IMG/VR virus record: IMGVR_UViG_3300030098_002348 | DNA length: 20,000 bases | Direction: 5' to 3' (one strand) | DNA from: an uncultured virus (IMG/VR IMGVR_UViG_3300030098_002348) | Taxonomy: Duplodnaviria; Heunggongvirae; Uroviricota; Caudoviricetes | Part shown: in pieces, positions 9,050-17,496 of the stretch | Layout of the letters: every line of letters begins with the position of its first letter | Numbering within the stretch: the first letter of the stretch is position 1 | Notes under the pieces: generated by a model | The model's database searches: none | Told to the model about the DNA's origin: nothing | What the model saw: only the letters and a program-made list of their open reading frames with translations | Translations under genes and position numbers: made by a program

Positions 9050-9678
9050 CTAAACGGCCATCCTAAATTCCATATAACTAAACTATATCTTGATCCTTTT
9101 TTAACAGGACATACTCTGTGCCACACGAAACTTGGAAAAACCACTAAAGAACCTTTAGGTAATATTTCTGTGCATTTTTTTATGTTTCGTTTTTTATCTG
9201 GATCTGTGTTTCTAAAATCAAATTCTAACTCACCACCTTTGTAGTCTTTTGGATCTGACAAAGAAGCTGTTACAGATAATTTTCTTATCTTACCATGGTA
9301 AGGATCTTGTGTGTTTTGTACTTGGTAAGGTTTTTCCCAACTATCACAATGCCAATCATAAAATTGACCCTTTTCATATTTTGTAAATTGACAAGCCTCA
9401 GAAAAATCCCAAGTAAAATTCCAACCTGCTTCTGTATTTGCTAGATTAATATATGGTTGTATTTCATTGTAAATCCACCTATCACTCATCCACACAATAT
9501 TAGAATCTCTTTTTTGTTTTAAATCTTTAATTTGTTTTTTATTTAATTTTTTAGAATTATTAAAACCACCTGTAACGGCTATTTCATCAGAAATAGATTT
9601 ACCATATCTAACTATTTCATCACATATTCTTTCAGGTATTGCAGATTTATAATACCAGTAGTAATTTGTTAAGTTCAT
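9046..9678 (-). CDS. Prolyl-4-hydroxylase/PKHD-type 2OG-Fe(II) oxygenase
   Basis: Motifs QFTKY..GQFYDWHCD, RKLSVTASLSDP.DY.GGELEF and KGSLVVFPSFVWHRV.PV.KG.RYSLV.W (HxD...H...R). Confidence 0.88.
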   Translation of the reverse strand: MNLTNYYWYYKSAIPERICDEIVRYGKSISDEIAVTGGFNNSKKLNKKQIKDLKQKRDSNIVWMSDRWIYNEIQPYINLANTEAGWNFTWDFSEACQFTKYEKGQFYDWHCDSWEKPYQVQNTQDPYHGKIRKLSVTASLSDPKDYKGGELEFDFRNTDPDKKRNIKKCTEILPKGSLVVFPSFVWHRVCPVKKGSRYSLVIWNLGWPFR

Positions 9679-9722
9679 ATATCTTTATGAACTTAATATA
9701 ACATTTGTTATGAGACTGTCAA
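9669..9722 (-). promoter_or_regulatory. Sigma70-type promoter with overlapping 11-bp inverted repeat
   Basis: TTGACA (9722-9717), 16 bp, TATATT (9700-9695) preceded by TGn; inverted repeat TTAAGTTCATA (9669-9679) / TATGAACTTAA (9686-9696). Confidence 0.65.
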
Positions 9723-11573
9723 TGTTCCAGTTACTGTAAATGTAGCTATTTTCTCTCCCGTAGGACTATGAGTTGTAGATGAATTAGTACCAGGTGTTAC
9801 CTCAAAAGTAACTGAACTCGGACCCCTTACTACAACTATTCCTGATCCACCAGCTCCAGCACATCTTCCAGAGGCAGCACCGCCACCTCCACCACCACCG
9901 CCAGTGTTAGCGCTTCCAGCTTGTGCGGCAACTCCAGGGTCATTAGCTGATCCATTACCTCCACCACCAGAACCACCTTGAGTTGGTAATGGTTGTGGGG
10001 GACTTCCTGGGTGGTCTTTTGTACCACCACCTCCACCACCTCTAGTGACTGATGAGCCTGTAATAGATGATGCTAAACCATTTCCTCCAGAACCACTTGG
10101 TCCCGGTCCTCCAGCTGCACCGGCACCACCACCGCCTCCAGCTGTGCCTTCTGGTGTACCAGAAGCAACACCTCCTGGAAAACCTTGATTTGCAGTTCCA
10201 GCACCAACAGCAGGTGCTGAGGTTTCACATCTACCAGCTCCACCACCAGAACCTCCAGCAACACCAGCACGAGGAGGGGCTCCTCCACCACCTCCACCAC
10301 CACCGGTTGAAGTTATAGTTGAAAATACTGAATTAGTACCGCTACCGCCATCTGCGCCTGGCGCAGAATCTGGACCTGCTGCACCACCAGCTCCGACTGT
10401 AATATCATGAGTACCAGCACCTAAAAAAATTTGTGCTTCTGTGCTTGCACTTGGTCCACCTGGAGTTTCACTTCCAAAAGAATTTCTATATCCTCCAGCA
10501 CCACCTCCACCGCCTGGAGTTCCACCTCCGCCTCCGCCGGCGATTACTAAGAAACTTACATCAAAACCTTTTGCTGGCCAAGTTCCACATTTTACTGCTT
10601 GAAACTGTGATTGCATTGACCATACACCAGTTGCTTTATCTAATTCTTTAATTGCTGCAACACCAGATCCTCCGGCTGCTCCTGCATAACTATTAATATT
10701 TCCTGGTGGTCCACTACCAGGATAAAATACACTTCCTCCACCACCTCCACCACCAGTGTTGGCTGTGCCTGCTGTTCCAGCTTCTCCTGTTATAGGGCCA
10801 TCAGGTGCATTACCAGCGGGACCTCCGCCACCGGCTCCGCCTAAACCACCTCTTGTGTTTTGGTAAGTGGGTGTTCCATAAGAACCTGAACCACCGCCAC
10901 CACCACCGACTTTACAACTTGATAAAAAGGGTTGACCTGGAAAAGCTGTTGGGGCTATTCCAACACCACCGGCTCCAGCATTACCTCCAGGTGTAGTAGA
11001 TGCATTTCCACCGGCACCTCCCGCACCACCACCTCCGCCACCACCTTGGATGTTGGGTGATGAACAATTACCTTTACCACCTGGGTTACCAAAATTTCCT
11101 GGTTGAGGGGGAGTATTACCTGATGCGCCACAAGCGTTAGCTGTTGAAGCTCCACCACCACCCGAGCCACCTGCTTGTGCAGTGCATGTTGCTTCATAAC
11201 CACCTCTACCACCACCTTCTGAAGTGTATGTAGTTCCGCATGCAACTATTGTTGAATCTGTTCCTGAAGCTCCGCCACCACTACTTGGTCCAGCAGCTCC
11301 ACCACCACCAATTGTGGTTGCAATTGTTGCTCCACCAGTTGTAGGTAAATTAAATTCTCTTACACCGCCAGCTCCACCACCACCGCCTCTTTGACCTGGA
11401 CCTCCGCCACCACCTGCAACTAATAATGCAGTTATTTCTCTAGTTCCTGGCTGTGTAACATTTGAAAAATCTCCACTTGAGGTTCTTGTTTGAACAGTGC
11501 ATTTTCCAAAAGAAGTTTTATTAGAAACTCCTATTACACCACCATTTGCTGAGCCAGATTTATTTCTAGGCAT
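9708..11573 (-). CDS. Glycine-rich tail fibre/adhesin-like protein with two tandem Gly-rich domains
   Basis: 621 aa. Two units, each opening with LxxAGGGGG and closing with ANTGGGGGG...GAGGSG[VI]xx[IV], the architecture of polyglycine-II bundle domains in phage fibres. Confidence 0.8.
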   Translation of the reverse strand: MPRNKSGSANGGVIGVSNKTSFGKCTVQTRTSSGDFSNVTQPGTREITALLVAGGGGGPGQRGGGGGAGGVREFNLPTTGGATIATTIGGGGAAGPSSGGGASGTDSTIVACGTTYTSEGGGRGGYEATCTAQAGGSGGGGASTANACGASGNTPPQPGNFGNPGGKGNCSSPNIQGGGGGGGAGGAGGNASTTPGGNAGAGGVGIAPTAFPGQPFLSSCKVGGGGGGSGSYGTPTYQNTRGGLGGAGGGGPAGNAPDGPITGEAGTAGTANTGGGGGGGSVFYPGSGPPGNINSYAGAAGGSGVAAIKELDKATGVWSMQSQFQAVKCGTWPAKGFDVSFLVIAGGGGGGTPGGGGGAGGYRNSFGSETPGGPSASTEAQIFLGAGTHDITVGAGGAAGPDSAPGADGGSGTNSVFSTITSTGGGGGGGGAPPRAGVAGGSGGGAGRCETSAPAVGAGTANQGFPGGVASGTPEGTAGGGGGAGAAGGPGPSGSGGNGLASSITGSSVTRGGGGGGTKDHPGSPPQPLPTQGGSGGGGNGSANDPGVAAQAGSANTGGGGGGGGAASGRCAGAGGSGIVVVRGPSSVTFEVTPGTNSSTTHSPTGEKIATFTVTGTLTVS

Positions 11574-11582
11574 TGTGTCCTC

Positions 11583-12074
11583 CTATGCGGACACCCAAGC
11601 TGTGCCGTTCCAATCGTAAATTGTTTTGGTTTCCGCTGTATCGTCTGATTTAGTTGCTTCCCAACCTTTAGTGTTGTCAGCTTCGTATTTTGTTTCGTTC
11701 CACTTAATTATATAAAACCAAGTTGGTGGAGATTCGCCGTCATTTTCTATAGATGGATATGTTATTGGTGCTTGCCAATCGTCGTTATCATCTAAAGACC
11801 ATGAAGCAAAAGGTTGTGGTTCTAAAAATTTGTCTTTTACAGGATCATAAATATCTCCAATGCCTGCATATTTTTTTCTAAAATTATTATTGTAAGAAGT
11901 TTGTTTCCAATCACCACCTTTGAAAAAATTAACACACCAAGTTTCTCCGTCAGGGTGCATGTCTGAAGGAACACAGTCGTTTCCAACAACTACAACTCTT
12001 TGTACTACTTGATGTGAATCTGATGTAAATCCAGTAGGATCTGTCATTGTTTTTAATTCTGCGAAATGTGCCAT
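11583..12074 (-). CDS. Conserved hypothetical partner of Gly-rich fibres (possible chaperone or fibre component)
   Basis: 163 aa with MAHFAEL..VVQRVVVV..W.QTSYN.NFRK.YAGIG..YD...D.F..PQPF.SW pattern; lies between the two Gly-rich genes; AAGGAG RBS. Confidence 0.65.
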   Translation of the reverse strand: MAHFAELKTMTDPTGFTSDSHQVVQRVVVVGNDCVPSDMHPDGETWCVNFFKGGDWKQTSYNNNFRKKYAGIGDIYDPVKDKFLEPQPFASWSLDDNDDWQAPITYPSIENDGESPPTWFYIIKWNETKYEADNTKGWEATKSDDTAETKTIYDWNGTAWVSA

Positions 12075-12093
12075 ATTTATACTCCTTTTATCT

Positions 12094-12122
12094 TATATAC
12101 AAAATAATTTTGTTATAGTCAA
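12094..12122 (-). promoter_or_regulatory. Putative sigma70-type promoter
   Basis: TTGACT (12122-12117), 17 bp, TATATA (12099-12094); short palindrome ACAAAA-TAA-TTTTGT (12099-12113) lies mostly in the spacer. Confidence 0.5.
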
Positions 12123-13049
12123 TTAAGTGTTAGTCCAATTACCAGCTTTTACAAAGTCATATACTGTGTTTAAATCCCAAATTCCTGGTGCAGCCGCCGC
12201 TCGACCCTGTTGTTTTACAACAACAACACCAGATCCACCATTACCGCCAGATCCTGGGTTAGCATCTCCGTCTCCACCACCTCCACCACCAGTGTTAGTC
12301 GAACCATTACCACCGCCAGTTCCAGGATAAGATCTAGATCCTGCTCCACCACCACCTGTTCCTCCAGGGGCTCCAGAACATCCTTTATTTCCACCGCCAC
12401 CACCACCTGCAACTGCAGGTATAGGTGAACCTGGAAAAGTTGAACTTATGTCAACACCTGCTCCACCAGCAGCTGGAGCACTAGTATAATTAAATCCTGC
12501 TTGAGTAGCACCACCGCCACCACCACCGCCGTGATCGCCACCACTTACACCTCCACCTGGATTTCCTTGAGGAGGACTCACCGGAGGGGTATTTCCTGCT
12601 CCTCCTGCAGCGCAAGCAGAGCTTCCTCCACCTCCACCACCAGAACCGCCGGCATTTCCAGCTCTTCCTCCGGGCTCTTGTGATCCACCACCTCCACCGC
12701 CATGGGAAGTATATGTTGTGCATGAAACAACAAATGATGAGTTGCTTCCTGAATTACCAACGTTATTTCCTCCAACTCCACTACCTCCACCACCAATAGT
12801 GACAGCTCCCAAAGCAGCACCGCCGCTAACTGAAACACATGTAAATGATCTATAGCCACCAGCTCCACCGCCGCCGCCTCTTTTTCCTGAACCGCCAGCT
12901 CCTCCTGCAACTACAATAAAATCTATTTTTGAAGTTACTGGATTAGTTGTAACAGCTGAGGGTGTACTTGAAGTTACAGTTGTAATAATATCAGAAGTGC
13001 TAGGTGTAACACTTTGTGTTGGTCCAATTACTCCGCCATTTCCAGCCAT
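12123..13049 (-). CDS. Glycine-rich tail fibre/adhesin-like protein, single Gly-rich domain
   Basis: 308 aa; NGGVIG N-terminus, IVVAGGAGG...NTGGGGGG...GGSGVVVV core and GIWDL..VY..VK.G.W C-terminus; GGAGG RBS. Confidence 0.8.
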   Translation of the reverse strand: MAGNGGVIGPTQSVTPSTSDIITTVTSSTPSAVTTNPVTSKIDFIVVAGGAGGSGKRGGGGGAGGYRSFTCVSVSGGAALGAVTIGGGGSGVGGNNVGNSGSNSSFVVSCTTYTSHGGGGGGSQEPGGRAGNAGGSGGGGGGSSACAAGGAGNTPPVSPPQGNPGGGVSGGDHGGGGGGGATQAGFNYTSAPAAGGAGVDISSTFPGSPIPAVAGGGGGGNKGCSGAPGGTGGGGAGSRSYPGTGGGNGSTNTGGGGGGDGDANPGSGGNGGSGVVVVKQQGRAAAAPGIWDLNTVYDFVKAGNWTNT

Positions 13050-13061
13050 AATTTAAACCTC

Positions 13062-13451
13062 CTACGCGTCGTCTAATACTTCATATGATAAGAATAAATC
13101 TAAGTCTCCTGAAGCACTTGCTCCACCTTTTAAGATATCACCTTCCATAAGATAGATAGGTGTATCCGCAATGACTAACGTTGCGTCAGCCGGAACGGAA
13201 ACTGTTTTTGCTAAGTAAACGGTTGCAGATCCTGTAGCAGTGATTCCTGCTGCTCCATTACCTAAACCATCAACAAATAAATCGACGTTAGCTGCAGAAC
13301 TTCCATCTACGTTTGCAACTGTTATTCTGTTTATTTTTAAAATTTTATCAGAAGCAACCGTTAATAAAGTTGCAGTAGTTGTGTTAGATAAATTAAAACC
13401 TAAATTACCGCCACTAATTGTTGCTACATTTACTAGATTTGGATTTGCCAT
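13062..13451 (-). CDS. Small beta-rich virion structural protein (fibre-associated)
   Basis: 129 aa with MANPNLVNV..KIN.I.VANVDG...VSVPADATL...IYL.EGD...SYE pattern; AGGAG RBS. Confidence 0.7.
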   Translation of the reverse strand: MANPNLVNVATISGGNLGFNLSNTTTATLLTVASDKILKINRITVANVDGSSAANVDLFVDGLGNGAAGITATGSATVYLAKTVSVPADATLVIADTPIYLMEGDILKGGASASGDLDLFLSYEVLDDA

Positions 13452-13463
13452 AATTGTCTCCTT

Positions 13464-14117
13464 TTATCCGAAAATTAAAGCCATTGCAATAGCTTTTCCT
13501 GTTGTTATTCCTGCACTAGCAAAAGATAGTGTCCCAGCTCCATCAGAAACTAAGGCTTGACCAGACGCTGTAGCATCTGCACTAGGTAGGGTTAATGTTA
13601 CGCTAGAACCAATGGTTGCTGGCGCTTTTAAAGCAAAGAAATTAGAATCATCTGCATCCTTAAATTTTAAAGGGTTTTGATTAGATAATCCTATTTCTGA
13701 GGAATCAGCTAATACGTCTACAATATTAGTTCCATCAGAATATACTATTTTGTGTCCTTTATCTGTTGTTGCCCAAGTAGTTCCAGTTCCTGTTACAGTT
13801 TTTAATTGAACTGTTTGAGCCCCTGTTGAACCATTGTGAGCTATATAAAAATTTTCTACGCCGTCAGTAACAGTAACCACAGCTGATCCTGTTAATGAAC
13901 CTGTTAATTTCCAAACTCTATTTGCAATAGTTGCACCAGTTCCACCATCTGTTTTTGCCAAAGTAACTGTACCACCACTTGTTAAAGCTTGTTCTTGATA
14001 TCCACCTGAAATTTGTTGTACTATTTGTAAATTAGTGTTTGTTTTATTTCCCCATGTACCGGCGTTTTCACCAGTAGCCATTAGTTCAATACCTAAATTC
14101 GTAAAACTTGATGCCAT
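13464..14117 (-). CDS. Putative tail fibre-like structural protein
   Basis: 217 aa, Thr/Gly/Ala-rich; GENAGTWG.KTNTNL N-terminus, LKAPA...TLTLP..D....GQAL.SDG.GTLSF fibre segment, C-terminal TTGKAIAMALIFG. Confidence 0.7.
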   Translation of the reverse strand: MASSFTNLGIELMATGENAGTWGNKTNTNLQIVQQISGGYQEQALTSGGTVTLAKTDGGTGATIANRVWKLTGSLTGSAVVTVTDGVENFYIAHNGSTGAQTVQLKTVTGTGTTWATTDKGHKIVYSDGTNIVDVLADSSEIGLSNQNPLKFKDADDSNFFALKAPATIGSSVTLTLPSADATASGQALVSDGAGTLSFASAGITTGKAIAMALIFG

Positions 14118-14125
14118 AATTTCTC

Positions 14126-15451
14126 CTACGCTGCGTTAACATCTGTATATGATGTATTTCCTTCAAGGTCAACATTATTATAACTTGTATTTCCGTCAAT
14201 ATCAACATTAACATATGCTCTAATTCCTAATTGTCCAACACTAGATGTTGCTTCTAAACTAGGTAATCCTACAGTAATTTGATCTGGCGAAATAGCTCCT
14301 ACAGCAGAAGTTCCTACTCCAGCTGTGCTTATTGGCACCACTATTTCAGGAACAATTGAGCCCACGCTACTTGTAGCTACTTGACCCGATAGAACTTGAC
14401 CTATTGTTTCTCCTATAGATCCTACACTAGCTGTTAAACCACTTGGAGCAGTTAATCCAATTTCTACTGCATCAAGAATTATACCACCAGCACTAGCCGT
14501 TGCTCCACTTGGAGCTGTTATAGGAACCACTATTTCTTCTACGAATGATCCAACTGATGCTGTTGCTCCACTTGGAGCTGTTATAGGAACTGTTATTTGT
14601 GTAGTTATAGACCCTACACTTGAAGTTGCTTCACTTGGAGCTGTAAGTCCAACAGCCATTTGAACTGTTGTTAAAGAACCAACACTTACTGATGCACCTA
14701 CTCCAGCAGGTTGAACTAAATCATTAAATGAATCTCCATAAGGTTCTTCACCCCAACCGTTTCTACCCCATCCAACTAATGTTCCTGCATTTTCAAACTC
14801 ACCCACTTCTGCAGTCATTTGAGTTGGTGCTGTTAATTCTAGAGTAAGTCCACTAGCCCCCCAGTTTTCCACACCCCAAGAATCAGATCCCCAACCTGTT
14901 TCAGAAAATGCATCTACTGAACCTACTGCAGATGATAAACTAGAAGGTGCTGTTAATGTAAGATCAACAGAATTTTGATCGCCCCATTCATTTTGACCCC
15001 ATTGCAACATTCCCCATGCATTTGCATCTACGGTGTTTGCAGTCCATCCCATTCCAGAGTGGTAGTTACAATAATAATAAAGAGTTGGTGCAGATGAAGC
15101 AACAGTAATACTTATTTCTCTTGTAGTTGCTCCATTAAAATTAGATAAATTTACATATTCACTTTTTGTTTTTGTAACACCATCTAGTTTATAAACAACT
15201 CCGGTCTCATAAGTGGTGCCTCCGCCATGTGTTCCATTTGCGGTTGCAGAAAATAATAATGGATGCCCATCTACTGAGCTATCAGAGAGATCAAATTTAT
15301 ATGTATAACCTTCCGCAAGATATAAAGTTACATCTGCAGTCGCAGTTGAACCATTTATTGCATACTTATTAGATGAACCAAAGTTGTGATATGGGTGATT
15401 TGATGGATTACCGCCAACAACCGTGACTGCAAATGTTCGGATTTCCGACAT
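14126..15451 (-). CDS. Modular virion protein: cupredoxin-like N-terminal domain, WG repeats and ~21-aa repeats
   Basis: 441 aa; GHP...LYYYCNYHSGMG motif, three WG clusters, and repeated TAPSxATxSVG units. Confidence 0.7.
   Translation of the reverse strand: MSEIRTFAVTVVGGNPSNHPYHNFGSSNKYAINGSTATADVTLYLAEGYTYKFDLSDSSVDGHPLLFSATANGTHGGGTTYETGVVYKLDGVTKTKSEYVNLSNFNGATTREISITVASSAPTLYYYCNYHSGMGWTANTVDANAWGMLQWGQNEWGDQNSVDLTLTAPSSLSSAVGSVDAFSETGWGSDSWGVENWGASGLTLELTAPTQMTAEVGEFENAGTLVGWGRNGWGEEPYGDSFNDLVQPAGVGASVSVGSLTTVQMAVGLTAPSEATSSVGSITTQITVPITAPSGATASVGSFVEEIVVPITAPSGATASAGGIILDAVEIGLTAPSGLTASVGSIGETIGQVLSGQVATSSVGSIVPEIVVPISTAGVGTSAVGAISPDQITVGLPSLEATSSVGQLGIRAYVNVDIDGNTSYNNVDLEGNTSYTDVNAA
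14499..14590. repeat. 29-bp exact direct repeat, 63-bp period, within a coding repeat array
   Basis: GTTGCTCCACTTGGAGCTGTTATAGGAAC at 14499-14527 and 14562-14590, encoding VPITAPSGAT. Confidence 0.9.
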
Positions 15452-15464
15452 AAGGATTTACCCC

Positions 15465-15896
15465 TTATGCTATTCGAACTATAGCTGTTGTGGCTGCTGC
15501 GTTTGGAAACTGGATCGTAAACGTTCCTGAAGAAACTGTTTTGTCCCCTCCAAAAGCTACTGCACAAACTGCAGGGTCTCCAGTTGCAGAATCATTAAAT
15601 ATTAAACATCCATTAGCTGTAAACGTTGCAGACGTAAAACTAGTATCTGCAAAATCACAAACTGCTGTTGTGCCATCTGCTACAGGTGTAACACTTGTTA
15701 AGGTGTTTCCTTTTGCAGTGTATCCAGTACCTGTGATTTCTTCAGATGTTGTGTATGCAGTTGTTCCTGCGCCTAAAGTTGCAGAACTTGTGTAAAGAGC
15801 TAATCTAAATGTATTACCAGTAGAAGCTGTGAAGTTGTGAACTCCTTTTAAAATTTCTACTTTAAAACTTGTGCATATTGCCGATGTTATTGCCAT
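15465..15896 (-). CDS. Putative virion structural protein
   Basis: 143 aa with MAITSAICTSFK.E.L...HNF...F.LALYT...GY.A.G..L...DFAD...FGGDKT...GTFTIQFP pattern; AGGAG RBS. Confidence 0.7.
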   Translation of the reverse strand: MAITSAICTSFKVEILKGVHNFTASTGNTFRLALYTSSATLGAGTTAYTTSEEITGTGYTAKGNTLTSVTPVADGTTAVCDFADTSFTSATFTANGCLIFNDSATGDPAVCAVAFGGDKTVSSGTFTIQFPNAAATTAIVRIA

Positions 15897-15909
15897 AGTT
15901 GTTCTCCTG

Positions 15910-16662
15910 TTACGGTGAAGGTGACTGCACTGGTATTCTTACTGTTCCATCAGTGTAATCATCTCTTCTACGTCTTCCGATTTGCACTCCTGCAAACTTC
16001 TGTACCTCTTGTTTATATTTATTTTCGTATAATGTCAACATGTCTGCGGGACCTTTTAAAAAGCCATATGCCTCGACTAAACATGCATATAATAGCCCAC
16101 TTGGAAAATACTGGCTAATATATGTTCCACTTGTTTCTGTAACCAAGCTTTTGGGCATCATTGTATAGTAGATTCTAAACTTATAATTTTGATCAGGGGT
16201 AGGAGCTACATACATGCCACCAGATGTCGTGCTAGTTGTTCCAGTTGCTCCACCAAACATGGCGTAATATTTAGGTAAACCAGTAGTATCTTGATTTGTT
16301 AAATCACCCTCTGTGCCAGTTAAACGTCCTACATACTCTGATAAATATGTTTGATCTTTCTTTTCTAACCAAACACCCTGACCAGTGGTAGCTGAGGTTG
16401 AGTTGAACACTTCAATTCCTCTAACAAATACTGCACCTGTAGCACCTTTAGTGCCTTTACCAGGGACGTTTATATTATTATCATCTGCCACCAATTGGCC
16501 TTCACTTACAAATCTATAAGCATCAATTGGAACATCATAAAAAATTCTAAATTCAGCATCTTCAATAAACCTATTTATAATAGCTGCTGTTAATACACTA
16601 TCTCCTACTTCTGTGTAGTTTCTAATATCGGTTACTAAATTTGCGTAATTAAATCCTGACAT
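15910..16662 (-). CDS. Putative head-tail adaptor/connector-like protein
   Basis: 250 aa; helical N-terminus (Y..L..DI.NY.E...FI..AE.RI), G.PKYYA, APTPD, LLYACLVEAY.FLK and C-terminal RRRRDDY.DG. Confidence 0.6.
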   Translation of the reverse strand: MSGFNYANLVTDIRNYTEVGDSVLTAAIINRFIEDAEFRIFYDVPIDAYRFVSEGQLVADDNNINVPGKGTKGATGAVFVRGIEVFNSTSATTGQGVWLEKKDQTYLSEYVGRLTGTEGDLTNQDTTGLPKYYAMFGGATGTTSTTSGGMYVAPTPDQNYKFRIYYTMMPKSLVTETSGTYISQYFPSGLLYACLVEAYGFLKGPADMLTLYENKYKQEVQKFAGVQIGRRRRDDYTDGTVRIPVQSPSP

Positions 16663-16665
16663 AAT

Positions 16666-17496
16666 TTATGCTCTTTGATTTACAGGTCCTGCAAATGCAA
16701 AGAATCCTCCTCCTGTTTCCGTGCTCGCTGCATTCGATACTAAACTAATAGTAAATTTATTACTATAGCTCTGAGTTGAATTTGCATCATTTGTAGCTGT
16801 CTCAGAAACTTTTGTTATTATATACGATCCAAAAACTTTTGCACCTGAATTATGACTAGATGCTGTGGTATTTGAATAAGTTCTACCATATGCAGGGGCC
16901 GAAGTTCCTCTAACACACCCTGTTAAATTATTGCTAGATCTACCAGTATATTCAATAGTTTCGTCCTCAATATCTCCAAAATTTGGTGAACTAGAATCAG
17001 TATTTGTTTTTTTAATAACAATAAAACCACTAGTTGGAAACTCACTTGCATCCGTTAAAGTTATTGTTGTAGCGTCTGACGTAATATTACCGTTTAAGGT
17101 AGTCTCTAATTGAAGTGTGTTGATAGCTACACCTCCAACTGGTTTTTTAACTTCAGTGAATCTTAGAGCATCTCCCGTGGACCAAGGATTACTATCCTGT
17201 AATACCTCATTCTCACCCGTAAAAACTGTTACAGTTTTAGATGCAGCCGTCATGACAAACGGATTATTTCTTAAAACAATAGGTGTAGGAAAAGCTGTTC
17301 TACTTGGTTTTGGATGTTGTAAAGCTTGTGGGTCAGCGCTAGTAGGTAATGGTTGTAGCTGTGGTTGTTTTGGTTCAAACTCAGATATGTGAACCCAAGA
17401 ACCATTCCATTCTTGAACCATTTCGGTATATGGAAATCTTAGACCAGATCGGTCTGAAATCATGTATGCATATTTTCCAGATGCAAAACTTCCCAC
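16666..17496 (-). CDS. Hypothetical structural protein with inserted beta domains
   Basis: 276 aa, GTG start coupled to the upstream TAG; N-terminal FASGK....ISDRSG.RFPY.EM..EWNG..VH.SEFEPKQPQL motif. Confidence 0.7.
   Translation of the reverse strand: MGSFASGKYAYMISDRSGLRFPYTEMVQEWNGSWVHISEFEPKQPQLQPLPTSADPQALQHPKPSRTAFPTPIVLRNNPFVMTAASKTVTVFTGENEVLQDSNPWSTGDALRFTEVKKPVGGVAINTLQLETTLNGNITSDATTITLTDASEFPTSGFIVIKKTNTDSSSPNFGDIEDETIEYTGRSSNNLTGCVRGTSAPAYGRTYSNTTASSHNSGAKVFGSYIITKVSETATNDANSTQSYSNKFTISLVSNAASTETGGGFFAFAGPVNQRA

Noticed and set aside
9836..12910. Alternative-frame minus-strand ORFs (VEVVV- or WRW-rich) inside the Gly-rich genes
   Set aside because: Frame-shifted readings of GGT/GGA runs; I saw no slippery site or RBS to support them.
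9708..13049. Diversity-generating retroelement or CRISPR-like repeats
   Set aside because: The repeats are poly-Gly codon runs; I saw no template/variable repeat pair with adenine-specific differences, no reverse transcriptase and no regular repeat-spacer array.
15355..15567. 70-aa minus-strand ORF bridging two genes
   Set aside because: Out-of-frame overlap with two better-supported genes; no supporting motif.
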